In this document: positions 47,024-55,819 of the stretch, piece after piece
Numbering within the stretch: the first letter of the stretch is position 1
Layout of the letters: the number at the start of each line of letters is the position of its first letter
Translations under genes and position numbers: made by a program
IMG/VR virus record: IMGVR_UViG_3300044832_000059
Span: 1 to 55,819 of that record
DNA: 55,819 nt
Strand: one strand, 5' to 3'
From: a virus
Taxonomy: Duplodnaviria > Caudoviricetes
Notes under the pieces: model-generated
Told to the model about the DNA's origin: nothing
The model's database searches: none
What the model saw: only the letters and a program-made list of their open reading frames with translations

Positions 47024-47386
47024 TTAGTCTGCTTTCTGTCCATTTTCCATGTCTGTTATACTAAGAAGAAGCTTTTTTGCCTCTTCAACAGCGTTTAGTT
47101 TTCCAACACTTTCACCAATAAATAAATTGATTGTTATTAATAAGAAAAGAAACTCTTCGTCAGTCTTTGGAATGTCAGAAAACATAACAGATTTAAGAAG
47201 ATAATGTCCAGTTAACGAATCATCTTTTTTTGCTTCTTTAAGTAAATTTTCTTGGAGTTTGCTAACCTCGTCTGCAAGTTCTTTGATACGTTTTTTTGAA
47301 ATGCTATAGAAGAGGTCATCAATAGATGAGGATTCTTTATTTAATTGTAACGATTTAAAGTGGGTGCTCACACGCATGGATATCAT
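47024..47386 (-). CDS. Hypothetical protein
   Basis: ORF track. Confidence 0.55.
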   Translation of the reverse strand: MISMRVSTHFKSLQLNKESSSIDDLFYSISKKRIKELADEVSKLQENLLKEAKKDDSLTGHYLLKSVMFSDIPKTDEEFLFLLITINLFIGESVGKLNAVEEAKKLLLSITDMENGQKAD

Positions 47387-47413
47387 TATATCATAATAAC
47401 GTTATTACGTCAA

Positions 47414-48091
47414 CTAGAAGAGATTTGGTTTATTATGAGTTTTTGTTTTACTTGGAATACCCTTGTCATCAAAGGTAAGATACACAGAGTTTCTCCCAAA
47501 TCCTACATTCTTAATGTAGTCTTTCCTTGTTATTGCGAGATGCCTTCCTCCCTTTGCAATGCGTTGATGATATCCGTCGTCAACTCCATCAAAGGGAAAC
47601 TCTTCTAACGAATCCCTCCGAAAACCATAAACAGAAGAAACAAAATCATTAACAATATTACAATTAGGTCTTTCTTCCAAAATTTTGAATCGTTCATCAT
47701 TTGGGTCATAATTGTTGTAATTGAAAAGAGATATTGCTGAAACATCTTCATTGCTCTTAAGAGCATTTACCGCTGTAGAAAGCCATCCATCTTCAAAAGT
47801 AACATCTGTATCAATTTTGAATAAATATTCTCCTTCAGATACTCCTAGACAATTCTGAAATGACTTACCAACACCTCTATTCTTACCCCCAACAATAATA
47901 AGTTTTGAGAGTTTTTGTGCTCTCATAAAACTATACGCTATATCTACTGATTCATCCATTTCCCCTTCACTTCCATCAACGTTAACAATGATCTCACAAG
48001 GATAATCAACCGTTGCATGAAGTGTGTCAAGACAATTGATTAACATCTCTGGCCTTTTATATGAAAGAATGCATAAACTAGCAAGTCTCAT
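47414..48091 (-). CDS. Glycosyltransferase family 2
   Basis: LCILSYKRPE, IIVNVDGS, NRGVG, LFKIDTD, GVDD. Confidence 0.85.
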   Translation of the reverse strand: MRLASLCILSYKRPEMLINCLDTLHATVDYPCEIIVNVDGSEGEMDESVDIAYSFMRAQKLSKLIIVGGKNRGVGKSFQNCLGVSEGEYLFKIDTDVTFEDGWLSTAVNALKSNEDVSAISLFNYNNYDPNDERFKILEERPNCNIVNDFVSSVYGFRRDSLEEFPFDGVDDGYHQRIAKGGRHLAITRKDYIKNVGFGRNSVYLTFDDKGIPSKTKTHNKPNLF

Positions 48092-48729
48092 TTTACGTAT
48101 CCACTTACCTTTCTTGCTAGGAATGCATGGGCTGGTTGCTTTCTCCATCCATAAACGAGCTTATCATGTGCATAGTCAAGTTCCCATACGAACTCAAAGT
48201 CTTTATCTAGATATTCATGGATGACTTCAGGGTTAACGTTGTGTGCATGGGCTTCATGGGGGTGAGAGTAAGCATTATCAATTGCGTGAATCATTGCTAC
48301 ATATGCTCCAGGTTTCATAAATGTGTAAAGTTGTCGTAAGAATTCTTGTGGTCTGTCAAAATGGTCTAGCGCATTAGTAATAATAATGAGATCAGCAAAT
48401 TTCAGATCACCTTGTATATCTTCTGCTTTTTTACTGAGACCATTATAAATTGGGTAGTTCTTTTTGTATTCATCAATGAGGGGATCAATACGGGTTGTCA
48501 GTCGTGATTTGAGTACCGTTGAAACGCCACCAAACGGCCCACAACCGATGTCATACACATGCATGTCAGAAGTATCAAGCGCATCAAGTCCCATCTGTTT
48601 TCGCAGGAGAGGATAGCGGATAATCTCCCTGATCCTTTTATCTCTATTGATTTGTGAATCATCAGAAAACCAAGAATCAAGTTCAGATTTTTGCGTCTTA
48701 TCAAAATTATTTGCTTTTGTATTCATCAA
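48088..48729 (-). CDS. Class I SAM-dependent methyltransferase
   Basis: VYDIGCGPFGG, IDPL, NALDH, MKPGA. Confidence 0.88.
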   Translation of the reverse strand: MMNTKANNFDKTQKSELDSWFSDDSQINRDKRIREIIRYPLLRKQMGLDALDTSDMHVYDIGCGPFGGVSTVLKSRLTTRIDPLIDEYKKNYPIYNGLSKKAEDIQGDLKFADLIIITNALDHFDRPQEFLRQLYTFMKPGAYVAMIHAIDNAYSHPHEAHAHNVNPEVIHEYLDKDFEFVWELDYAHDKLVYGWRKQPAHAFLARKVSGYVK

Positions 48730-49756
48730 GCATTAATTGAATCCCCTGCTTGGGACTCACGGTTGGCTTCCACCCAAGTGCTTTTTGCACTTTTGTTGTA
48801 TCTGATATGTAAATTCGTTGATCTGCATGTCTCCAAGGTTTGAATTCGAGCGTCGCTCCCTTTCCTGATATATTTTCAATATAAGAAATTGCTTCGATAA
48901 GAGAAAGCGTATTATCAATACCTCCTCCAACATTGAAAACATTCCCCTTAACAGTACTAATCTTCTCTAGCTCATCAAGATAAAGATTTGCAACATCTGA
49001 ACCAAACAACATATCTCTTACCTGTTTACCATCTCCGTAAATATTGATCTTTCCATCTCCCATCCCAATAGATCGAATGAAGAAATCAATCCACCCTTGA
49101 TCTTCCACGCCTTTTTGATAAAGCCCATAGATGCAACTCATACGATTAATAACAACAGGAACATCATACGTGTGAAAGTATTCTTGACAGTACGTGTCCC
49201 CTGTAAGCTTTGATGCACCATAAGGTGAGTGTGGGTACTTTTGGAATCCGTCAGTTGTAAAGCCTTCGTTAATACCACGAGGCGTTACCCCATCCATCCA
49301 TCCTTCTTTTGGTTGGTTCCACTCATAACGAGTCTCTTGTTCTTTTAAGGGAATAGTGTTAATCATGTCAGAATAACACTTGTTTGTTGATGCGTAGATT
49401 ACGGGGATTTTACCATGAGTTCGTGAGTATTCAAGAACATTTATTGTTCCTTGGGCATTAACCTCGAAGTCATAGAGAGGATGAGCAATGGACCAAGGAA
49501 TACCAGGGTTTCCAGCTCCATGCCATATTCCGACTATTTCTCTCTTAGGTAGTCTTCCGAAATCTTCTTGATTTCTAACATCTCCTCTAAATATTTCTAC
49601 TCCATGTTTTTGTAAGATAGCAATGTTCTCTTCAGATCCTTTTCTTATTAAGGAATCAAAAGCAATTACTTCGTATCCTCTTCTTCTTGCTTCTAGGCTG
49701 ATATTTGTACCTATAAATCCAACTCCTCCAGTGCAAATTAAAGTACCTTTATTCAT
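48707..49756 (-). CDS. NAD-dependent epimerase/dehydratase, CDP-paratose 2-epimerase (RfbE)-like
   Basis: TGGVGFIG, YASTNKCY, SPYGASK, RMSCIYG..Q.GVEDQGW, GDGKQVRD, WR.ADQ. Confidence 0.9.
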   Translation of the reverse strand: MNKGTLICTGGVGFIGTNISLEARRRGYEVIAFDSLIRKGSEENIAILQKHGVEIFRGDVRNQEDFGRLPKREIVGIWHGAGNPGIPWSIAHPLYDFEVNAQGTINVLEYSRTHGKIPVIYASTNKCYSDMINTIPLKEQETRYEWNQPKEGWMDGVTPRGINEGFTTDGFQKYPHSPYGASKLTGDTYCQEYFHTYDVPVVINRMSCIYGLYQKGVEDQGWIDFFIRSIGMGDGKINIYGDGKQVRDMLFGSDVANLYLDELEKISTVKGNVFNVGGGIDNTLSLIEAISYIENISGKGATLEFKPWRHADQRIYISDTTKVQKALGWKPTVSPKQGIQLMLDEYKSK

Positions 49757-50238
49757 TTTAGAAACCTCACTCTTCCTCCCCACGTATCAGTTTGTCGATG
49801 ACAAGAAACACAAAGGGTTCTTCCATTATCTATTGCATATCGCAAATCAGGATACAAGCTCCATGGCTTAATATGATCTGCTTCCAGTTTACCTCCACGA
49901 GTATTACAGGTTTGGCAGGTGTAATCATCCCTCATAAAAACTGCGGTTCTCCATATGATGTAATCTTGTCTTTGCATTAACATTTGTCGTTCACTTTTAG
50001 TTCCACCCTTATAATTTGCGGGTCTTACTCCTACTCTTTGTGCCGACATCATTGCTTTAGATTCAAAAGAATGAGTTTTTCCTGTGAATGGATTTTTAAC
50101 AAAACTATTATGTCCTGTTATATATTTTTTACAACGTCCTTTATAAATAGTCGTAAAGTCTCCACATCCACAAGCGCACTTAATTGGTTCAGGGATGGGG
50201 TTTGTCATGAATCTACCGTTAGCTCCTCGTATTTTCAT
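49753..50238 (-). CDS. HNH homing endonuclease with NUMOD3-like motif
   Basis: GKTHSFESK..MS, WRTAVFMRDDYTCQTC, LEADHIKP, NGRTLCVSCH. Confidence 0.9.
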   Translation of the reverse strand: MKIRGANGRFMTNPIPEPIKCACGCGDFTTIYKGRCKKYITGHNSFVKNPFTGKTHSFESKAMMSAQRVGVRPANYKGGTKSERQMLMQRQDYIIWRTAVFMRDDYTCQTCNTRGGKLEADHIKPWSLYPDLRYAIDNGRTLCVSCHRQTDTWGGRVRFLK

Positions 50239-50253
50239 AAGATAGTAATAATG

Positions 50254-50760
50254 CTAAACAATTCCTTCATACTTTTCAATGAACAAATCAACATCTCGCA
50301 TGTATGATATAGCTACTTTAATTTCTTTGTCTTCCCATTCCCACCATTTAATAAGAGATAATCTCCTTATTTGTTCGTTAGTAAATCTCTTTCTTAATAC
50401 CTTCCAAGGGTTTCCGATTGCAACAGTATAGGGAGGGACATTTGATCCAATAACTGAATTTGAACCAATAATTGATCCGTCTCCAACTGTTACTCCTTCA
50501 AGAATCGAAACATCTTCTCCAATCCATACGTCATGTCCAACGGTAACTTTACCATCCATTTTAGAAGGATAGTAATCTACTCCCCAAACTTCTTTAAAAG
50601 GAAACTGAGTTACTGCTTGTGGGTTTTCAACACAAGGATGTTGCCCAGAGATAATCTTTAACCCTGACGCAATACTACAAAAGTTACCAAACGTTAACAA
50701 AACACCTTCATAGCATTTTATATCGTCTGGAATAAACGTATGCCTTCCTGCGATTATAAT
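50254..50760 (-). CDS. CatB/Vat-related hexapeptide O-acetyltransferase (start uncertain: ATT 50760 or ATG 50835)
   Basis: GNFCSIA, VGHDVWIG, GVTVGDGSIIG, VPPY....GNP, IKWWEW. Confidence 0.85.
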   Translation of the reverse strand: MIIAGRHTFIPDDIKCYEGVLLTFGNFCSIASGLKIISGQHPCVENPQAVTQFPFKEVWGVDYYPSKMDGKVTVGHDVWIGEDVSILEGVTVGDGSIIGSNSVIGSNVPPYTVAIGNPWKVLRKRFTNEQIRRLSLIKWWEWEDKEIKVAISYMRDVDLFIEKYEGIV

Positions 50761-50951
50761 GAGATGTTCCCCCCTCGAATGATGTAAATTCCTGCACCGA
50801 GAAAAATTACTCCAACAAGAACATTCCAATACCATGCTCCTAACCCAACACCAAAGAGAAAAGTAAGTCCAACTGCTGCTAGTAGTAACGCTATTCCTAC
50901 AAATGCCAAAATGATTCCAATTATCTTTATGATTATTTCTGATAAACTCAT
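50754..50951 (-). CDS. Small two-TM membrane protein
   Basis: Hydrophobic, 65 aa. Confidence 0.6.
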   Translation of the reverse strand: MSLSEIIIKIIGIILAFVGIALLLAAVGLTFLFGVGLGAWYWNVLVGVIFLGAGIYIIRGGNISL

Positions 50952-51769
50952 ATTATCTCACCCCATTTCTTATCTTTGTTAACCTCGTATATTCCCTTGT
51001 GAATGTTATCTTCTGATATCTTGCCATTTCTTTCTGCTGCATCATATATATTGTACTTGTAAAAGCTCTTATCATGCCACTGATGGATTACTGCAATATC
51101 AGAGAATTTACTTACTCCATGACCTATAAGCGCAAGCCTATTGAATAGATCAAAATCATCAAACCCATGCCCCTCAAAGCTTTCATCAAATCCCCCAACT
51201 TTGAGTAGCCATTCTTTTCTTGTTGCAAAGAGGACTCCAGCATTACAATGCTTCTCCCCTGTTATTCCCCAATCACTATCAGGTGCTTGATCGTTTTGGG
51301 GACGATGTGAATCAGTTAGCACTGCATAGGGGTGAGTGATAATCTTACGAGGATCTGCAAAGGATTCTTCTGGTAAGTTCTTATATATCTTCTCCCCCAT
51401 TGTCCATACTTGAGATGCAAGAATTGTATTATCTGGATATTCTTCCATCTTCTTTAAGAGTTGTTCAATCGTATTGCCAACATGAAGACCTTCTGGTTCT
51501 GTAAAAATGATAACATCACCTGTTGCTTGTTTAATGCCAACATTACGGGGAATACAAGAAATGCGTGGTTCAGTATGATCTATATAGATGTATCTCATAT
51601 CCACCCTGATAGACCAAATTGGCTCGATAAGATCCTGTGTTCCGTCAGTTGAACCATCATCTACGATGATTATTTCATCTGGTAAAACATCTTGGCAAAG
51701 AATAGTTTGTAATCCTCGATTAAGTTGTTCTTTACGATTATATGTACAAATTACTATAGACGTGCTCAT
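50948..51769 (-). CDS. Glycosyltransferase family 2
   Basis: SIVICTYNR, IIIVDDGSTD, RNVGI, GGFDESFEGHGFDD. Confidence 0.92.
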   Translation of the reverse strand: MSTSIVICTYNRKEQLNRGLQTILCQDVLPDEIIIVDDGSTDGTQDLIEPIWSIRVDMRYIYIDHTEPRISCIPRNVGIKQATGDVIIFTEPEGLHVGNTIEQLLKKMEEYPDNTILASQVWTMGEKIYKNLPEESFADPRKIITHPYAVLTDSHRPQNDQAPDSDWGITGEKHCNAGVLFATRKEWLLKVGGFDESFEGHGFDDFDLFNRLALIGHGVSKFSDIAVIHQWHDKSFYKYNIYDAAERNGKISEDNIHKGIYEVNKDKKWGEII

Positions 51770-52167
51770 AATTGTTTCATAAACCTTCCTGTTTTCAAAT
51801 CTTTATTTGGATTTTCCATTGTCGTTTTCCATTTACCTACAAAAGTTTTACCTCGCTTAACCCAATCATATTGTCGATGACATTTAATACAAAGTTGAGT
51901 CCAGTCACCTATATCTCGTAAGTAATACCCTGAAACATTTGCCCACTCATATTTAACCTCCTTATGATCTAGATCAAATGAACAATGAATAGGTTTACCA
52001 AGAGTTCTTGTTATCCATGTGTGAATTCCTGAATACGTAATATTCTTTTTCAAGTTACCATGATTAGGATTATTTGATCCTTTATTTGCACATGATTTGC
52101 AAAGTATTGATTTGCTCCAAATATTTTTATCACACTTTAAGCAGTAATTAGTTTTAGTTTCTGGCAT
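51766..52167 (-). CDS. HNH-like homing endonuclease
   Basis: CLKC..CKSC, YSGIHTWI...GKP, YEWANVSG.Y.RD..DW..LCIKCH..YD. Confidence 0.75.
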   Translation of the reverse strand: MPETKTNYCLKCDKNIWSKSILCKSCANKGSNNPNHGNLKKNITYSGIHTWITRTLGKPIHCSFDLDHKEVKYEWANVSGYYLRDIGDWTQLCIKCHRQYDWVKRGKTFVGKWKTTMENPNKDLKTGRFMKQL

Positions 52168-52168
52168 A

Positions 52169-52993
52169 TTATTTCCTTATAATACCCCATTCAATTTCCT
52201 GATTAGCTATTAGTCTTAGATCATCTCTGTCAACAATATCATCTAGGTGTGCATCTTTCATTCGTTGTTCATTACGCTGCATAGCACTTCCCATGACATC
52301 AGGATTAGGATGAGAATGGAACTGATGGATTGCTTCCATCTCCTTATCGACAACCTGTCCATGTCCTGCAATACGAAGTCTTGTGCATAGCTCTATATCA
52401 TCAAATCCCCATACTTCAAAGTCTTCTCTCCACCCACCAAGCTTCATGAGCCACTCTTTCATATAAAGACAGGCAAATGTTGCTTGCATGTTTACTGTTT
52501 TACAAAATCCATTTGGATCATAGGGTCTTGGTTCAGTAATATAATCTTCAACAATTGATTCTGAGAGAAATTGTTTAGGCCTAGTATAGGCCAAATCTCG
52601 TACATGAGAGTTTGGTTGTCCATGATAAATAGTTCCAACAGAAACAATGTCTTCTGGATGTTCATTGTGCTGTTTTAACATCTGAGGAATAATATCAGTA
52701 ACCCAGATTAGCTCTGGTTCTGTCGTAACAATAATGTCACAGTCAGTATTCTTTATTCCAATATTGGAAGCAAGTGATCTTGTTGTCCATTCAGGATTGT
52801 TATTGTAGATATATCGTATTGGTAGACGACTTTCAAACCCTTTACAGACCCATTCTGTTGCATCAGTCTGTCTATCTGAACCGTCATCAATAACAAGCAC
52901 TTCATCTGGTAATGTGAGATGCGTTAATCGTTCAAGGCTCTTTTCAAGGAGAGTCGATCTGTTGAACGTAGTAATTAATAAACATGTCTTCAT
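52169..52993 (-). CDS. Glycosyltransferase family 2 (paralogue of 50948-51769)
   Basis: LITTFNR, VIDDGSD, NIGI, TEPE, GGWREDF..WGFDD. Confidence 0.9.
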   Translation of the reverse strand: MKTCLLITTFNRSTLLEKSLERLTHLTLPDEVLVIDDGSDRQTDATEWVCKGFESRLPIRYIYNNNPEWTTRSLASNIGIKNTDCDIIVTTEPELIWVTDIIPQMLKQHNEHPEDIVSVGTIYHGQPNSHVRDLAYTRPKQFLSESIVEDYITEPRPYDPNGFCKTVNMQATFACLYMKEWLMKLGGWREDFEVWGFDDIELCTRLRIAGHGQVVDKEMEAIHQFHSHPNPDVMGSAMQRNEQRMKDAHLDDIVDRDDLRLIANQEIEWGIIRK

Positions 52994-53928
52994 ACTATTT
53001 TTGCAATTATATCAATAAATCTTCGTTCATATGTATGCTTATCAAGTGCTTCCTGTTGCATTTTCTGTGTAAGTGCTTTCCTGTCTATCTCGTTAATAAT
53101 GAATTTATAGAATTTTTCTAAAAACATAGCACTTCCTTTGAATGAAACACTGTCAGAGTACTCATTTATTTCTGGAAATCGTACATCATCAATCATCTGA
53201 AAACAGCCCATCATATTCAGTTCAAAGAATCTATTGTTAGGACTCGATGCCTTGACCATCCCTTTATTTGCTATAGGCATTTCATCTGACAATCTATGAA
53301 GATTAAGCGCCACCTTTGTCCCCCTGTAGTATTTGATGTACTCTTCTGCATTAAGTCCTGTATTAATAATCTTTTGTCCTGTAGTATCAGGAAGAAACTC
53401 CCACCCTGTTCCCGCTATAACTACCTTGTAGTCTTTAAGGTAAGGCAGAACTTCCCTAAAGAACTTGAGCCTAGAAGGATATGCTGCACCAATAAAACAA
53501 AGATCCGAACGGTACTCAAAGGGAACGTCTATAGTCTTAGCAAGGTCTTTATCAGCAGCGTGAGGTACGTGAATAAACTTGTTTGGGTCCTCTGACTTTA
53601 GTGCTTCAACAGATGATTTGTCCTGTAGTAGTACTTTACTGAAGAAGTGATGATACTTTCTGATATAGTCTATCTCCCAAGGCTGTTCCCAATCCCACAG
53701 TATCTTGTGACAAGTGATCTTTTCTATTCTGTCTATAGTATCTTTATCAAACTCCTTGAGAAAATGGTGGAAGAAGATTACTACTTGTGGTTGAAATTTG
53801 TCATATGACTCTTCCATGTTCCAAAGGGGAGATTCAATGTAATCAGCATTCATTCGCTTTAATGAATTAATCATTCCTTGTGGAAGCCCACCGTATCTTG
53901 ATGTGATAAAAAGAATTTTACCGAGCAT
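52990..53928 (-). CDS. CgeB-like GT-B glycosyltransferase
   Basis: DLCFIG..Y.SR, G.GW, YY...KVALNLHR, NNRFFE, HTYERR. Confidence 0.85.
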   Translation of the reverse strand: MLGKILFITSRYGGLPQGMINSLKRMNADYIESPLWNMEESYDKFQPQVVIFFHHFLKEFDKDTIDRIEKITCHKILWDWEQPWEIDYIRKYHHFFSKVLLQDKSSVEALKSEDPNKFIHVPHAADKDLAKTIDVPFEYRSDLCFIGAAYPSRLKFFREVLPYLKDYKVVIAGTGWEFLPDTTGQKIINTGLNAEEYIKYYRGTKVALNLHRLSDEMPIANKGMVKASSPNNRFFELNMMGCFQMIDDVRFPEINEYSDSVSFKGSAMFLEKFYKFIINEIDRKALTQKMQQEALDKHTYERRFIDIIAKIV

Positions 53929-53930
53929 AA

Positions 53931-54401
53931 TTATTTTTGTAAATGCACTTGAAGATTCCAGCCATGTTCCAAAAGTTCCCAGACCACCTTGAATTTACTT
54001 GTTATTCCATACTCTTCTCTTGCATCAGCAGTTGTCGGATCATCACAGAAGTAATCAAAGGTTCGTCTGACAAACATCTTCTTATGAGTCGGGTCTTGCG
54101 CCCACGGTTCTGTGAAAGCAAGCGGTGTTGATACTTCCATAATCGCTCCAGGTTTCATAACTCTGTAGCAGTCATTAAATAAAGGAATGACTGTATCTAG
54201 GTGTTCAATTAATTGGTGGCATCGAATTCCTTCAATATCAAAAAGTGCTTTAGGAAACAATTTATTTAATTCATATCCATTCTCAGGGAGTGGTAGTCCT
54301 TTGTTTAGATCCCAAACAATGTCAGCCGTTGATACAAGATCAATGTTGATATGTCCAGGTGCTTTTGTATTATTTGTCCCTCCTCCTAGGTCAAGTCTCA
54401 T
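53931..54401 (-). CDS. Class I SAM-dependent methyltransferase
   Basis: LDLGGG, DLNKGLP, LIEHL, CYRVMKPG, QDPTH. Confidence 0.85.
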   Translation of the reverse strand: MRLDLGGGTNNTKAPGHINIDLVSTADIVWDLNKGLPLPENGYELNKLFPKALFDIEGIRCHQLIEHLDTVIPLFNDCYRVMKPGAIMEVSTPLAFTEPWAQDPTHKKMFVRRTFDYFCDDPTTADAREEYGITSKFKVVWELLEHGWNLQVHLQK

Positions 54402-54552
54402 TCTACTACCTCATATCCTGCTTCATAGTCAAAAACTCCTGAAGGAATTTGAAACCAAGAATCCATTACCCACATTGGGTCGTTTTTTCTATGTCTATCA
54501 ATATTTTTATTACAATCAATACACAGATTTATCTTCATAACTACCAGTTATA

Positions 54553-55407
54553 CTATACTTCCTGTTGCCACTCAATAGGAGGAACCCAGCTTATTTTCCA
54601 AGATTCATATGCTTCTTTACTTGCTTCTATTAATCCATAATCAGGATCTTCTGATCCAAAATGTCTAAGATTTATTATCTTTACAAATTCAGGGATTTTC
54701 TCTCTTCGTGCAGAAATTACTTCATGTTCGTGATGCCATCCTAGTAGTTCTTTATCAAGAGAAAAGACTGCACCAGTTTGAACAAGCTGTAACCCGAAAG
54801 ATCCATCTTCGCATCCAGCCCCAATATCTTCTGGGTACTTTCCTGCTTTAAAAAACAATTTTCGGGGTACTAATAATGATCCCCCAAAGCAACTCAATCC
54901 ATATGATATTCCCGTATTTTTCTCTTCTACGGGGTGATCTAAAAATGATTGCCATCTCACATCTTGTTGGTAATTGGCAATATCTGACTCATACCATCTT
55001 GGTGTCCAAATGAGAGGAGTCTGCATGTAATGGTATGGTCCAATAATTACACGGTTAGGATCAGGATCTTGTAAATAATCGTCTATAAGACGTTGAATTC
55101 GATTAGGTGGTAGCATAACGTCAGAATCAAGAAAGTAATACGCGTCAGTATCAGTATCTGCTGCTCGTGCTCCTTGATTACGTGGTTTTGAGGCATTCCA
55201 ATCATGCTCACGAGGCCGTTTTATGTACGTTAACTTTGGCAAGATTCCTTTAAGAGCTATCTCTTCTGTTCCATCATCTGACCCATCATCAACAAGAATT
55301 GTCTTGACGGTATGTTGTGGCTGAATCTCTTGATTCTTTAAACAGTAAAGGACTCGTCCAATATTATCTTTTCTGTTATATGTTGGAATGATTATTGTTA
55401 GTTTCAA
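54553..55407 (-). CDS. Glycosyltransferase family 2
   Basis: IIIPTYNR, LVDDGSDD, RNQGA, FLDSD, GCED. Confidence 0.92.
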   Translation of the reverse strand: MKLTIIIPTYNRKDNIGRVLYCLKNQEIQPQHTVKTILVDDGSDDGTEEIALKGILPKLTYIKRPREHDWNASKPRNQGARAADTDTDAYYFLDSDVMLPPNRIQRLIDDYLQDPDPNRVIIGPYHYMQTPLIWTPRWYESDIANYQQDVRWQSFLDHPVEEKNTGISYGLSCFGGSLLVPRKLFFKAGKYPEDIGAGCEDGSFGLQLVQTGAVFSLDKELLGWHHEHEVISARREKIPEFVKIINLRHFGSEDPDYGLIEASKEAYESWKISWVPPIEWQQEV

Positions 55408-55819
55408 CTTGATGCCTCCTTATTGTCAAGATTTGGGTCCCATCCTGGAAGTGGCTCTTTCTCAGGTTGTAAGTACACGTGAAGCTCTCTTTGCTTATGA
55501 ACAGTAATGTTTGTTGTATCCTCAGTATATGGAGGAGTCCAGTCATTAAGAAGAATCTTCCAATAACCTTTGACATCTGGATTGTGGTAATTGCCAGGAG
55601 GATTACTGGTAAAGTAATGGAATGAAGTCTCTGAAAACGCTCGAACATGTGAAGGATCTCCAAATGCTGCGACATATCCAAGAGGAACAATAATATCCAT
55701 ATGTCCATTAAAGATTAGCACTCGATAACATTCATTGATAAGGTGAAAGAGATTGTCGATATGCTCAAGGACATGGTGTGCTTTGATTTCATCAACAGAA
55801 TTGTCTTTGAAAGGTAATT
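55404..55819 (-). CDS. SAM-dependent methyltransferase, 3' part (starts at 266 across the junction)
   Basis: Open frame to the window end: ...HVLEH...CYRVLIFNG...GDPSHVR. Confidence 0.85.
   Translation of the reverse strand, partial: LPFKDNSVDEIKAHHVLEHIDNLFHLINECYRVLIFNGHMDIIVPLGYVAAFGDPSHVRAFSETSFHYFTSNPPGNYHNPDVKGYWKILLNDWTPPYTEDTTNITVHKQRELHVYLQPEKEPLPGWDPNLDNKEASS
55693..55819. repeat. Terminal direct repeat / circular assembly overlap, copy 2
   Basis: Identical to 1-127. Confidence 0.97.

Noticed and set aside
49753-50238. Group I intron around the HNH genes
   Set aside because: The flanking genes look intact and abut the HNH ORFs, leaving no room for intron core structure.
50254-50835. 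Antibiotic resistance gene (vat/catB)
   Set aside because: The family resemblance is real, but the glycan-cluster context favours a sugar O-acetyltransferase.

Overview
The window is almost certainly a complete, circularly assembled dsDNA phage genome. Bases 1-127 equal 55693-55819, giving a unit length of 55692 bp, and a SAM-methyltransferase ORF reads through the junction. A + strand virion operon (about 15.2-38.7 kb) carries terS, a tRNA-Gln, terL, portal, scaffold, major capsid, adaptor, tail and ejection-like proteins. It has no tape measure, so the phage is probably podovirus-like. A CHAP endolysin and holin follow. The - strand accessory blocks hold a ~9 kb glycosyl/methyl/acetyl-transferase cluster, amidoligase, GATase, ATP-grasp, Fic, VRR-NUC, ParB-like and HNH genes. 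I recognised no integrase, DNA polymerase, helicase or primase. The standout feature is a candidate RNA-guided system. A stand-alone 201-aa RAMP/Cas7-like gene (42259-42864, -) and a 173-aa partner gene are interleaved with non-coding arrays of strict 5-nt periodicity: a conserved G(G/T)Y-type triplet plus a variable NN, divided into units by a GGC-A-GTC delimiter. Two more such arrays flank an SSB-like gene at 2.9-3.6 kb, and one of them shares an identical 52-nt block with the main locus. All 13 inter-delimiter segments are 5n+2 nt long. The arrays are not CRISPRs. They match my recollection, not verified here, of recently reported VIPR-type (GGY/NN) phage systems. All protein calls come from motif recognition by eye, without database searches.
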